Shown in pieces: positions 18,582-28,045 of a stretch of 64,000 nucleotides of DNA (its first letter is position 1; each line of letters begins with the position of its first letter). Made by a program: the position numbers and the translations under genes. Origin of the DNA: a phage; sequence record PV357171.2. One strand, written 5' to 3'. The notes under the pieces are model-generated. The model ran no database searches, had not been told where the DNA came from, and saw nothing but the letters and a program-made list of their open reading frames with translations.

Positions 18582-20420
18582 TTATTCTAAGTAGGAAAAT
18601 CCTTCTGCATCTTTTTTGACAGTAATCTTATGGGCTAATGGATGCGTATGCCCATGAGAAACAATGATAGAATTCAGACTATCTTCCTCATTTAATAATT
18701 CAACGAGAGTATCAAGTCCTTTCGTATCAATAAAGCTAATAACTTCGTCAAGGAACAGAAGATTAATATTAACTTTACTAATAGATGTTAACAGCATTCT
18801 AATAGCTAACAGAGTTGCTAGGTTAATTCTACTCTGCTGACCAGTAGAGCAGTTCTCCATGCTGGTACGGTTTCCGTCATTGAAGATTACTACTTGTAAT
18901 TTAGTTTCATCAAGTTCAAATCCAAGTGCGAACTTACCACCAGTCATAATAGAAAGATATTTATTAATCAATTCCTCAAATACTTTCACACTATGTTCTA
19001 GTTTATATCCTACCAGATTTTTCAATGCAGCGATCAGAATATCAAGATCAGCAACAGCTTCTGATACTCCATCCAGTTTGGACGTTATCTCAGACATTTC
19101 TGCCTCAGCTTTCTCAATCTGTTCTAATTTCGCTTTATATTTTGCATTGGCTAATTCGACATTTGCATTATGCTCTTTGGCAATTGCAACTTTAGAACGT
19201 CCATCAGCGATTTCCTGTTCTAATTGTCGGATTTGCACCTGTAGGATTTGCACATTGAGTTCTTCAAAAGAAGCGTCACTCATTGAATTTTTGAACTCGT
19301 CTCTAGCTGCTACTGCCTTATCTAAAGCATCTTTAGCTCTAGTATACACAGTGTACTCGACTTGTTCTTTCTTCAACTGCTCCAATGTAGCTTCAAGAGA
19401 TTGTTTCTCTTTAAACATAGGATCATATTCTGTTCTAGCCATATCCATTGCTTTTTGAGCAGCAGTTGTATCAAGATGCGTACCACAAGTAGGACATTCA
19501 GTATTTGAAGCCTCTTGCTTAAACTTCTGATAACGTTTCTTGACTTCTCCCGCACGTGAGGTAACAATCGTTAAGTCACGCGTAACACTTGAGATCTCTT
19601 CAGATTGGTCAGTGGGCGCAGGCAAATTTTTGAAAGGCTCGAAAGATTGTTCGGCAACTTGTACAGCTTTGTCCAAATTACGCAATTTAGTAATATTAGC
19701 CTCTTGAGACTTGGCTAATGCCGCCTTAATTTTCGATTCAGTAAGTTCTTGCGCTAATGGTTCTTCATCAAACTCGGGCACTTCTACTGGTTCTTGCAAA
19801 GTTCCCAAGTTATTCTTTCCATTAAGGATTTTCGTAATTACAGCCATTTGGCCCTGCAAATTATTTAAGGTATTTGCTATTTCTTTACGGTCAGCCTTAA
19901 TAGTTTCCGACATTTCTTTGTACTGTTCTTGGTTGAACAAGTTAACAAGAAAAGCCTTACGTGTTGCATCTGTTGCTTTTAGAAAGTCTAGATTGGAACC
20001 CACTGATTGATAAATTAGTTTGGTGAATGTTTGGAAGTCACCGCCCATAATCTCCTCAATCCTCTTGTATGTTTGGGTTGCCGTGTGCCCACTAATATCT
20101 TCCCCATTCTTAATAAGAGTTACTTTAGCAGTTGACTTAACTACTTTATGCAATTCATACTCATCTTCATCTTTTGAGAAGTAAGCGTGCATATCATACT
20201 CTTTTTTCGGAGAAGACCAAGAGAACAGAGCATCTTTCTTAATACCACGTGAGTTCTTATTATAGAACAGCTCTTCTATAACCGTGGCGATGGTAGATTT
20301 CCCTAGCCCATTGCCACCAATTAGTTGAGTAACTGGATTCTTATCGAAATGAATTACGATGTCCTTACCGTAAGACATAACGTTACTAAATTTTAGTGTC
20401 TTAATTGTAATCTTTGACAT
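18582..20420 (-). CDS. SbcC/Rad50-like recombination ATPase (D13-like)
   Basis: Walker A GGNGLGKS, long coiled coil with CPTCG zinc hook, C-terminal signature and D-loop; start moved to ATG at 20420 (ORF track start at 20501 is GTG). Confidence 0.7.
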   Translation of the reverse strand: MSKITIKTLKFSNVMSYGKDIVIHFDKNPVTQLIGGNGLGKSTIATVIEELFYNKNSRGIKKDALFSWSSPKKEYDMHAYFSKDEDEYELHKVVKSTAKVTLIKNGEDISGHTATQTYKRIEEIMGGDFQTFTKLIYQSVGSNLDFLKATDATRKAFLVNLFNQEQYKEMSETIKADRKEIANTLNNLQGQMAVITKILNGKNNLGTLQEPVEVPEFDEEPLAQELTESKIKAALAKSQEANITKLRNLDKAVQVAEQSFEPFKNLPAPTDQSEEISSVTRDLTIVTSRAGEVKKRYQKFKQEASNTECPTCGTHLDTTAAQKAMDMARTEYDPMFKEKQSLEATLEQLKKEQVEYTVYTRAKDALDKAVAARDEFKNSMSDASFEELNVQILQVQIRQLEQEIADGRSKVAIAKEHNANVELANAKYKAKLEQIEKAEAEMSEITSKLDGVSEAVADLDILIAALKNLVGYKLEHSVKVFEELINKYLSIMTGGKFALGFELDETKLQVVIFNDGNRTSMENCSTGQQSRINLATLLAIRMLLTSISKVNINLLFLDEVISFIDTKGLDTLVELLNEEDSLNSIIVSHGHTHPLAHKITVKKDAEGFSYLE

Positions 20421-21378
20421 ATTTCGCAGCTCTAGCCAAGATTCTATCAATGTCGCCTTGAGATAGCTTCTCGACTTCACGAAAGTAAAGTTCAAGTTCA
20501 CCTAGCATATCAAGATCAACAAGATTTAACTTAGCATCTTTAGTAACTCGATGGTTAATCTTCTTATCTAATAAATCAGAGTCTTTGATAGACTTTAATT
20601 GAACAACGTCACCAGTAACTTCATAGACTACACGATCATAATCACTAGGTTCCATCTCTTCACCAGCTCCGATTGTTTTACGAATCAGTTGTGGCAAATC
20701 ACCAAGTTCAATCCACTCTACTTTTAATGTATCGGTATCAATGATAAAGCAACCATTTGTACCTTTTGTGCGTTCTCTATGGAACGATGTAGTTAATGGA
20801 GACCCTGGGTAGAGGAGTCTAGTAGATCCGATAGTCTGGCTATTAGTATAAGAATGTAAATCGCCAGCAATTACAGTATCATAACAGTTGTACTTAGTTA
20901 GATCAATTTCTGGTTTTACATGTGGAGGGATTTCACCACGAACATGCGTGAAACATAGTTTTGATTCAGATGGTTTCCACTTAGACTTATGGATTTCATC
21001 ATATGGAACAATATCAAATTCAGGGGAACGATATGGTTTGGTAATTACTTCCCACTTACCACTCGTTACTTTATTAATAACTCCTGCATAATGATATAAA
21101 CATGAAATGGTTTTAGTTAACATTTCATGATTTCCAGTAAAGATTTTGCCTGGGTGGTCAAGTCTTGACATGAACTGTTCAAGCAGTTCTATTTCTTCTG
21201 ACGACGGGTCGGCAACATCAAGTATATCACCACCAGCAATATGAAGATCACAGTTATGATTATGGAATATATCATTTAACCGTTCTCCTAGCATTAGGAA
21301 GCGACGCTTCTGCCATTCCTTTGGAACTTTATCTTGTCCTAGTTTGATATGATGATCAGCACTAAATAATATTCTCAT
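20401..21378 (-). CDS. SbcD/Mre11-like nuclease (D12-like)
   Basis: N-terminal calcineurin-like phosphoesterase motifs (DHH, GNHE); paired with SbcC-like gene. Confidence 0.7.
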   Translation of the reverse strand: MRILFSADHHIKLGQDKVPKEWQKRRFLMLGERLNDIFHNHNCDLHIAGGDILDVADPSSEEIELLEQFMSRLDHPGKIFTGNHEMLTKTISCLYHYAGVINKVTSGKWEVITKPYRSPEFDIVPYDEIHKSKWKPSESKLCFTHVRGEIPPHVKPEIDLTKYNCYDTVIAGDLHSYTNSQTIGSTRLLYPGSPLTTSFHRERTKGTNGCFIIDTDTLKVEWIELGDLPQLIRKTIGAGEEMEPSDYDRVVYEVTGDVVQLKSIKDSDLLDKKINHRVTKDAKLNLVDLDMLGELELYFREVEKLSQGDIDRILARAAKYVKDYN

Positions 21379-21383
21379 TGGTT

Positions 21384-21406
21384 AAAAAGAAAGGGGCCGA
21401 AGCCCC
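21384..21406 (-). terminator. tetraloop hairpin terminator on minus strand
   Basis: GGGGC-UUCG-GCCCC on the minus-strand RNA followed by U-run, between two minus-strand genes. Confidence 0.5.
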
Positions 21407-21414
21407 TCTATTTA

Positions 21415-22188
21415 TTAGTCGTCCAGATCGCTTGCAGCTTCTGTGTCAATACCTTTCTGGGAGCCTGCATTGCTATTACCAGATTTGGCATCATCATCTT
21501 TATTCTCACGACCCTCCATGAAGGCTAGAATTGCTTCTTTCTGCTCTTCATAGGTAGGGACCGGATAGGTTTGTTCCAGAGAAGGAACTTTTTCGAACTT
21601 AATGATGTCGCCATCTTCGTCACACATAGCTTCACCGATCAGATCTACATCCGCAGCATATTGCTTAGATTCCGCACTGTTAGGATCTTGCAACTTAATC
21701 TGGAACTGCATAGCAGCAATCTGCTGTACATCATACTCAGTATCGAAACCTTTACCTTTTTTCTCGATAGAAATATCAATATCAAACGGAGTTGCCAGGC
21801 TCAACTGCTTCATGATAGACTGGATGCCTTTCAGAATAGTAGCCTTGACTTCCATTACTTTCAGTTTGTTATCAGAACGGTCAATAACAAAAGCGATATA
21901 GTTTTTCTTCGGTTTCAGCGGAACACGATTACCATCTTTATCCAGCTCTTTCTCGAAGAAGCCCATCTCATGAACCGGATCAGCTTTACCACGAACAAAG
22001 CTCTCTTTGTCACGGTTAAAACGGAGACATTCGAAAGGAGCTACGCTACCCTCTTTATTAGTCAGCCAATAGACATAACGTGGAAGAACACCAGAAACGA
22101 TACGAACACGAGTGATACCGTTGTTGAACTTCAGGAATTCGATTTTATCGTTAGAACCGCCAGTAGTTTCGCCCCAAGACTTAGCCAT
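21415..22188 (-). CDS. hypothetical protein; possible ssDNA-binding protein
   Basis: 257 aa with strongly acidic C-terminal tail (…ASDLDD) as seen in phage SSBs; inference only. Confidence 0.35.
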   Translation of the reverse strand: MAKSWGETTGGSNDKIEFLKFNNGITRVRIVSGVLPRYVYWLTNKEGSVAPFECLRFNRDKESFVRGKADPVHEMGFFEKELDKDGNRVPLKPKKNYIAFVIDRSDNKLKVMEVKATILKGIQSIMKQLSLATPFDIDISIEKKGKGFDTEYDVQQIAAMQFQIKLQDPNSAESKQYAADVDLIGEAMCDEDGDIIKFEKVPSLEQTYPVPTYEEQKEAILAFMEGRENKDDDAKSGNSNAGSQKGIDTEAASDLDD

Positions 22189-22465
22189 ATTTTATTTCCT
22201 CTTTAAAGATTAATTTCGATTTGTTAATTGCGATTAGTGGGTTAGTGTCGATTACTAAACGTGGTATCCATACTGGAACATATTGCATGTCCAAGCTAGG
22301 ATCGTTTGTAAACTTGTATTCGGCATAATTTCGTAGACTTAAAATTCCTAGATATTCTGCCAGTTGTCTATTAGACAATTTATTTGGATTATCAACTATC
22401 GTTGATTCATTCAAAATGAATGAGGAACCTACCAATAATTGGTGAGCATCAGGCTCTGTAAGCAT
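22181..22465 (-). CDS. hypothetical protein
   Basis: 94-aa ORF downstream of two tandem early promoters. Confidence 0.4.
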   Translation of the reverse strand: MLTEPDAHQLLVGSSFILNESTIVDNPNKLSNRQLAEYLGILSLRNYAEYKFTNDPSLDMQYVPVWIPRLVIDTNPLIAINKSKLIFKEEIKYG

Positions 22466-22572
22466 TCTTTTGAATAGCTTAATAATTAGGTCGGAATTTC
22501 CTCTAGCTAGTAAGTATAGCTTTTCATAATCGAAGAATTTAATTTTTGTTTTCTCCTCGAATTTATGTATAT

Positions 22573-22602
22573 ATTATACTAGATTTCGAGAGAATTTAGC
22601 AA
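22573..22602 (-). promoter_or_regulatory. early promoter (TTGCTA, 18 bp, TATAAT)
   Basis: Reverse complement gives TTGCTAAAT...TATAATATATACATAAATT matching the window-wide early promoter consensus. Confidence 0.65.
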
Positions 22603-22673
22603 CTAAAATTTTTATTTTTCTGCTTCGGACTTTCTTATCAATCCGAAACTTTCTCTCTCAAATTTATGTATAT

Positions 22674-22702
22674 ATTATACATCATTTATGAGCTGTTGCC
22701 AA
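22674..22702 (-). promoter_or_regulatory. early promoter, second copy (TTGGCA, 17 bp, TATAAT), overlapping 3' end of helicase gene
   Basis: Same -10 and downstream ATAAATTTGAGAGAG cassette about 100 bp upstream of the first copy. Confidence 0.55.
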
Positions 22703-24038
22703 ATGCAATTTTAGCTAATTGAACTGCTTTCTCCGGAGTCATGGTAATAGTTTTCCACCCGTTGTTACGATATACTGCCATACGTCCAGAAGCCTGTCTT
22801 AGTCCAGTACCACCTTTCATAATTAGATCTACAACAATAGGGTCGAGTTTACCCTCGACAATACGTTGAACACGTCCTGCAAGCTGTTCAATAAGAGATT
22901 CATTATTAATAAGACTTCCCATTATTAAACAAGATAGCTCATTAAGGGAAATACCTTCAGAGAAGATACTCTGAGCTGCTGCAAGTACACAAGGTCCACC
23001 TTTTGCTATATCTTCCTGGATTTTTAATCGGTCATCCAAGTGGGTTGCCCCTATAATTTCATATGTTGTAACACCACGCTGTGTAAGAGCTTCTAGTACT
23101 GTTTGGATTAACTCTGTTCTATCACTTACAATGAGTACTTTATGTCCCATATTCACGTATAAATGTGCCAGGTTTATAATGGTCTCTCGATATTCAGGAT
23201 GGTTGTACACATCATTAGCACGTAACGCCCATGGTACGTTTTGGTTTCCTGATAATTCAACAGGCACGGAGTACCTATGGATTGTAGGTGCAACAGTATT
23301 ATTAACCGGCGGACTAAATATCTTATATCCAAAGAAATCTTTGAACATAACTTGTAGACCATCTTTACGTTTTAATGTTCCAGATAGTCCAATCTTATAG
23401 CGAGCACATGATATTTCTAGGAAGTTAGTGAAAGTTGTAGCCACACAATGGTGAACTTCATCAACTATAACAGTACCGAATACTTTAGAAAGATTATTCG
23501 CATGTTTATTCACTGTTTGAATATTACTGACCACAATTGGTGGATCAATATTGTATTTCCCAGAACCTATGATACCCGGTTCAAACCCAAACCATTTACG
23601 AACTTCTGCCGCCCACATTTCACGAATAGATGTGTTAGTACAAATTACTAAAGTTTTCTGGCCAAATTTATACGCAAGTGCAAGGGCTAGGATAGTTTTA
23701 CCAAATCCAGGTTTACCATTAATAATACAGGTATCATCGCATTCTTCGTATATTGGAAGCTGATCTTCTTCACGCAGTTTGAACTTAGGTTTTGGTATAT
23801 CTACCGGAGCTAGTGTGCGTTTATCAACTAATTCGTATTTTACTCCTTTAGCATCTAGTAAGTCTAGACGTGTAATAGGAATCCACTTAATCTCTTTGGC
23901 AACAACACCACTATTCTTATACATAATAGGGTATTTACTAGTCATTGTCTCAATGTGATAAGTAGTTTGCTTACTACAATAATCCCAAAGTTCATCATCG
24001 GGCTTGAAATAGGCTTTATTAGATATAACAACCTTCAT
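22686..24038 (-). CDS. SF2 DNA helicase (D10-like, 450 aa)
   Basis: Walker A GKPGFGKT, DEVH box (VIVDEVHH), helicase C-terminal motifs. Confidence 0.7.
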   Translation of the reverse strand: MKVVISNKAYFKPDDELWDYCSKQTTYHIETMTSKYPIMYKNSGVVAKEIKWIPITRLDLLDAKGVKYELVDKRTLAPVDIPKPKFKLREEDQLPIYEECDDTCIINGKPGFGKTILALALAYKFGQKTLVICTNTSIREMWAAEVRKWFGFEPGIIGSGKYNIDPPIVVSNIQTVNKHANNLSKVFGTVIVDEVHHCVATTFTNFLEISCARYKIGLSGTLKRKDGLQVMFKDFFGYKIFSPPVNNTVAPTIHRYSVPVELSGNQNVPWALRANDVYNHPEYRETIINLAHLYVNMGHKVLIVSDRTELIQTVLEALTQRGVTTYEIIGATHLDDRLKIQEDIAKGGPCVLAAAQSIFSEGISLNELSCLIMGSLINNESLIEQLAGRVQRIVEGKLDPIVVDLIMKGGTGLRQASGRMAVYRNNGWKTITMTPEKAVQLAKIAFGNSS

Positions 24039-24532
24039 AATTTTATTCTAAGTCTAGGAATTTCAGGCTCCTCTTGATGGACTTGATAAATAACAGGGCT
24101 ATTATTTACCAGAATATAGCTTATATAAGCTGGAACATAGGATAATACAAATGGATAAGGGACTTTAGCCACATAGCATTGGTATTTTCCGTTATAAATT
24201 CTAGCTGAATGCAAAACTTTAGAGGTGACAACATCATAGAACGTAGTTTTCTTCCAGTTAATAAGATTTCCATCAGAATCTATAAATTGGCTACGCTTTG
24301 ACCCAACTAATTGAGACAACATTGATATTCTGCCCCTAATAGGATAGAGCTTGTAGGGTAATTCCTTCCGTTTCTCAAATAGAATAAGCCTACGTTGAGA
24401 AAACGTGCCAGGCAACTTCCTGTTATCTAGCACATATTTATTATACCTTGTTGTAATTACGGAATAATCACCTTCTTGCTCAATTGATACAAACGCCCGT
24501 AAAGCATATACGGGCAATTTGAAATCAAGCAC
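24035..24532 (-). CDS. hypothetical protein
   Basis: 165-aa ORF translationally coupled between polymerase and helicase genes. Confidence 0.4.
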   Translation of the reverse strand: MLDFKLPVYALRAFVSIEQEGDYSVITTRYNKYVLDNRKLPGTFSQRRLILFEKRKELPYKLYPIRGRISMLSQLVGSKRSQFIDSDGNLINWKKTTFYDVVTSKVLHSARIYNGKYQCYVAKVPYPFVLSYVPAYISYILVNNSPVIYQVHQEEPEIPRLRIKL

Positions 24533-27092
24533 CGAGAATCCTTCTCACGTTATCCAAATCTTTACATACAGCAATAAACTTATCATCCTTGTATTTGCTA
24601 TGATCTGGATGCTCTTTATCCATTGCAGCTAGTTTCTTATACTCGAATTCTGCATCAAGTAATACACCCTTGACATAACGAGTATATTCATCATCATCAA
24701 TACAAGCGATTGATGGATGCTGCTTCTTCATCTTACCACAGGAGTAGTCACGAGAACCTCCAGCCTCAGAATCAGAATCAATACCAATCGGACAGCCAGG
24801 AATACTGATACCACGGTCTTTCTGAATATTACGAATCAGGATTTCATTGTATTGGTCGATCAAATCCTCACGAACAATAGCAACTACGGAGTCATGAACC
24901 AGCATAACAATCTTCATCTCGTGTTCTAAGCCAAGAGAAATGATCTCATTATCTGCATCTACAGCACCTAAAAGGAGACTATCAGAAGAAGCAGACTGAA
25001 TGATTGCGTTAAATCCAGAACGAATTTCTTCACCCTGAACGCCACGGTCTTCGGAGTGGATATTATGCAGACGACGTTTACGACCAAAGTGACTATAGAT
25101 AAATCCATGATTCTTGATCTGATCGTGGCACTTATCAATCCAACGCTTAAGCTGTGGGAATTGACCAAAGTAAGTCTCAATGTACTCTTTAGCATCTGCA
25201 ACAGTACATTCAACAAACGGTTCCCCCGTTTTGGCTGCTTGTTCGAGCAATGCTTCGTTAACAGAATGTGCTACTTTAGCCGGGCCAGAACCGTACAAAA
25301 TACCAAAGGTAATTGCCTTAGCTGCCTGACGCAGAGCTGGGAACAGCTTCTTAACATCACGAGGTTCACATTGCAATTTAAATACCATGTGGGCGATGTT
25401 AGAGTGGAAGTCAGGGTATTTATCAGGTTCATTTCTCATGTTGATAAATACTTGTTGCATATTTCTATCACCAGATAGAACAGCAGCATAATAAACTTCC
25501 GCAGTTGTTAAGTCCCATGCGATTACACGGTATCCAGGTGGTGCAACTACACAACCCTTAATGATAGATTCATCACGAGGTAACTGTTGCAGGTTCAGTT
25601 TACCAGAAGAACTCAGACGACCAGAAGTAGTCATATGCTCATGGAAGCCAGTACGAATGCAACCATCAGCATCAATGCTCAGAAGAATCTTCTCAACGTA
25701 AGTAGAGATCAGCTTAGTCAGCTTACGAATCTCTAGTAGGGTCTTAGCAATTGGATGCTGCGTAGACAATTCGTTCAGAGCTTCTGCATCTGTAGAGTCC
25801 GCTCCAGTATCTGTCAATTTACCTGTTGGAGTTAACCCAACATAATCAAACAGAAGAACACGTAGCTGCTTAACAGAGTTTGGGTTAAACGCTTCGTTCT
25901 GGTCTTTCTCTAGCTGAACGACTTCTGGATAAGTATACAGTTTCTCACGAGCTTTATTCAGATTATGGGTTAACTGGTACTGAGCTTCTTTTAAACGATC
26001 AATAGAAATAGGTACACCACGATCCTCAACACGTTGCAGGAACACGCAACCAGGCATTAGAACATCATAATACAGACTGCAAAGTTTTTCATTCTTCTCA
26101 ATTTTTGGTAAGAAGAAGTTGTGCAAACGTATGGTGGCATCGGTATCTTTTGCAGCGTAAGGCCACATAATATCAAACGGAATTAAATCATAGGTGAAAT
26201 CTTCTTTCTTGATTTTATGTGCTTTGCAATAATCCTCCTTGAACTTATCTAGTTCAAAATCATAGTCACCCATATCGGTATACTTCATTGCTAGAGATTT
26301 CAAGCCATGAGTACCACGACGCTCATCTAGAACATAATGCTGCAACATTGTATCATGGAGCCTGCGTTCTTTATGTGCTTTATCAAAAGTAAGTCCCAGA
26401 TGGTACTTATAAAAGTGCATATCAAACTTCAGGTTGTGAAAAACAATAGTGTGGTTTTCACTATCCAGAATTTTCTGGAGATAATATACTGCAACCTCTG
26501 TGAGACAATCAGAATCGATATATACACCCTGATATTCTTGGTGAGACATAGAAACACCAAGCAGATAACCATCTCGACAGTATAGTGCTGAGGTTTCGGA
26601 GTCAAATGCTACAGGTCCGATAACCATATTATACACCATCTTGATATATTCTTCCGCCTCGTCAGGGTCAGTAATAGGACGGTAATCACCAGCTTTTGCA
26701 ATCTTCTCACGACCATTGATAATATCGTGGATATTCTCTACTGTTGCATCGAAAACTGGTTTCATTTCAGGTTTAAAGTGTAACTGGGCTGGGCTGATGC
26801 TCGCAATCCAGTTAGCATATCCATTATGCTCTACACGTTTACCAGTATAGTCACCAATGCCTTTCTTACCAGCAAAGTACAGGAAAGGTTCGGCACCTAC
26901 CAGTATAACAAAATCATAATCATTCGGATCAAATGGGTTTTCCGGAGTCCCGATAGTAATATGCTTTTTGAGCAAACGACCGGATAACTTCTCATTACAC
27001 ATATGGAATACATCAACTTCCTCGCCGTATAGCTGGAAATGTTTATCGTAACGAGTGTTATTTAGAGCTTTATCAACTACTGCGATTTTCAA
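24525..27092 (-). CDS. DNA polymerase, family A, with 3'-5' exonuclease domain (855 aa)
   Basis: Exo I motif FDSETSAL, polymerase motif B (K...FGILYGSG) and motif C (VHDS); start codon is TTG at 27092 preceded by GAGGA. Confidence 0.9.
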   Translation of the reverse strand: MKIAVVDKALNNTRYDKHFQLYGEEVDVFHMCNEKLSGRLLKKHITIGTPENPFDPNDYDFVILVGAEPFLYFAGKKGIGDYTGKRVEHNGYANWIASISPAQLHFKPEMKPVFDATVENIHDIINGREKIAKAGDYRPITDPDEAEEYIKMVYNMVIGPVAFDSETSALYCRDGYLLGVSMSHQEYQGVYIDSDCLTEVAVYYLQKILDSENHTIVFHNLKFDMHFYKYHLGLTFDKAHKERRLHDTMLQHYVLDERRGTHGLKSLAMKYTDMGDYDFELDKFKEDYCKAHKIKKEDFTYDLIPFDIMWPYAAKDTDATIRLHNFFLPKIEKNEKLCSLYYDVLMPGCVFLQRVEDRGVPISIDRLKEAQYQLTHNLNKAREKLYTYPEVVQLEKDQNEAFNPNSVKQLRVLLFDYVGLTPTGKLTDTGADSTDAEALNELSTQHPIAKTLLEIRKLTKLISTYVEKILLSIDADGCIRTGFHEHMTTSGRLSSSGKLNLQQLPRDESIIKGCVVAPPGYRVIAWDLTTAEVYYAAVLSGDRNMQQVFINMRNEPDKYPDFHSNIAHMVFKLQCEPRDVKKLFPALRQAAKAITFGILYGSGPAKVAHSVNEALLEQAAKTGEPFVECTVADAKEYIETYFGQFPQLKRWIDKCHDQIKNHGFIYSHFGRKRRLHNIHSEDRGVQGEEIRSGFNAIIQSASSDSLLLGAVDADNEIISLGLEHEMKIVMLVHDSVVAIVREDLIDQYNEILIRNIQKDRGISIPGCPIGIDSDSEAGGSRDYSCGKMKKQHPSIACIDDDEYTRYVKGVLLDAEFEYKKLAAMDKEHPDHSKYKDDKFIAVCKDLDNVRRILGA

Positions 27093-27153
27093 ATTTAATC
27101 TCCTCTTGGTAAGTAAGTATAACTTCAGTGTTTCTTCTCTAACTTACCAATAT

Positions 27154-27183
27154 ATTATACCAAATCTTTAAGCGATTCAGCAA
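27154..27183 (-). promoter_or_regulatory. early promoter upstream of DNA polymerase gene
   Basis: Reverse complement TTGCTGAAT, 18 bp, TATAATATATT. Confidence 0.65.
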
Positions 27184-28045
27184 CTAAAATTTCAATACGT
27201 TTTGCTAACATATCAATTTCATCTTTGTTTAAATCACCCGGATCTTTGCCTTCGGGCAGAAGAAAGTTAGCAACTACAGGTGTTAAACGCGTTTTTGTAC
27301 GAATTAACTTGGCCAATGCTTGTGCAGCTTTATTACCAGAAGCATCATTATCTAGTAAGATAACAACAACTTTTACACCGGCAATAATATAAGGACTGAA
27401 CTTATCTGCAATGTTATCCGAAGTAAACTGATGTGTACCAAAGCAGCAAGAAGCATAGTCTATACCATTATCCTCTAGGTTCAGCATATCAAAGATACCT
27501 TCAACTAGAATAAGAACTGGAGTATTATATCGTACAGGGAAAATCGGTGGTGAAACTTGTTTTGGTTTTACTAAGTATTTAGGAGGGGCAGAACTGTTTA
27601 TAGAACGACCCAAAAATAGGATATTGCGTCCAACAGCATCTGTGATTGGGAATACAATTCTGCCTTCCCAGTCTGCTTGATGTTGGAAAGCAAAATATTT
27701 CTTCAAGGTCTTAGAACTTATACCTCGGAAATCACCTTCGAAAAGGCAAGCAGATTCAGGAATTGCAAGATTCGTTGATCCATTCCTAATCTCTGAAATC
27801 TTTTTACGTACTTGCGATAGTCTTGGGGACTGTCGGTACTGAGTCTCATTAAAATAATGGTAAATGCTCGGTATACCTTTACCGAAGCCACAACTCAAGC
27901 AGTGCATAATACCTGTTTCAGGATCAATACGCAAACTTGGGTGTTTATCGTCATGATCTGGATTGAGACAACAGATGAGGATGTCCCCACCTGTGTCTTT
28001 ATATTCAATGCCTTTCAGATCAAGTAGTTCTGTTATTCTACTCAT
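27155..28045 (-). CDS. DNA primase (DnaG-like zinc-binding and Toprim domains)
   Basis: CxxH...C..C zinc ribbon (CLNPDHDDKHPS...HCLSCG) and Toprim EGxxD (LVEGIFDM). Confidence 0.75.
   Translation of the reverse strand: MSRITELLDLKGIEYKDTGGDILICCLNPDHDDKHPSLRIDPETGIMHCLSCGFGKGIPSIYHYFNETQYRQSPRLSQVRKKISEIRNGSTNLAIPESACLFEGDFRGISSKTLKKYFAFQHQADWEGRIVFPITDAVGRNILFLGRSINSSAPPKYLVKPKQVSPPIFPVRYNTPVLILVEGIFDMLNLEDNGIDYASCCFGTHQFTSDNIADKFSPYIIAGVKVVVILLDNDASGNKAAQALAKLIRTKTRLTPVVANFLLPEGKDPGDLNKDEIDMLAKRIEILVAESLKDLV

Noticed and set aside
18859-19458. 199-aa plus-strand ORF antisense to the SbcC-like gene
   Set aside because: Lies entirely inside a well-supported minus-strand gene, Ser/Cys-rich low-complexity translation, no promoter or RBS.
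21571-22206. 211-aa and 99-aa plus-strand ORFs antisense to the 21415..22188 gene
   Set aside because: Shadow ORFs opposite a minus-strand gene in a uniformly minus-strand transcription block; no start signals.
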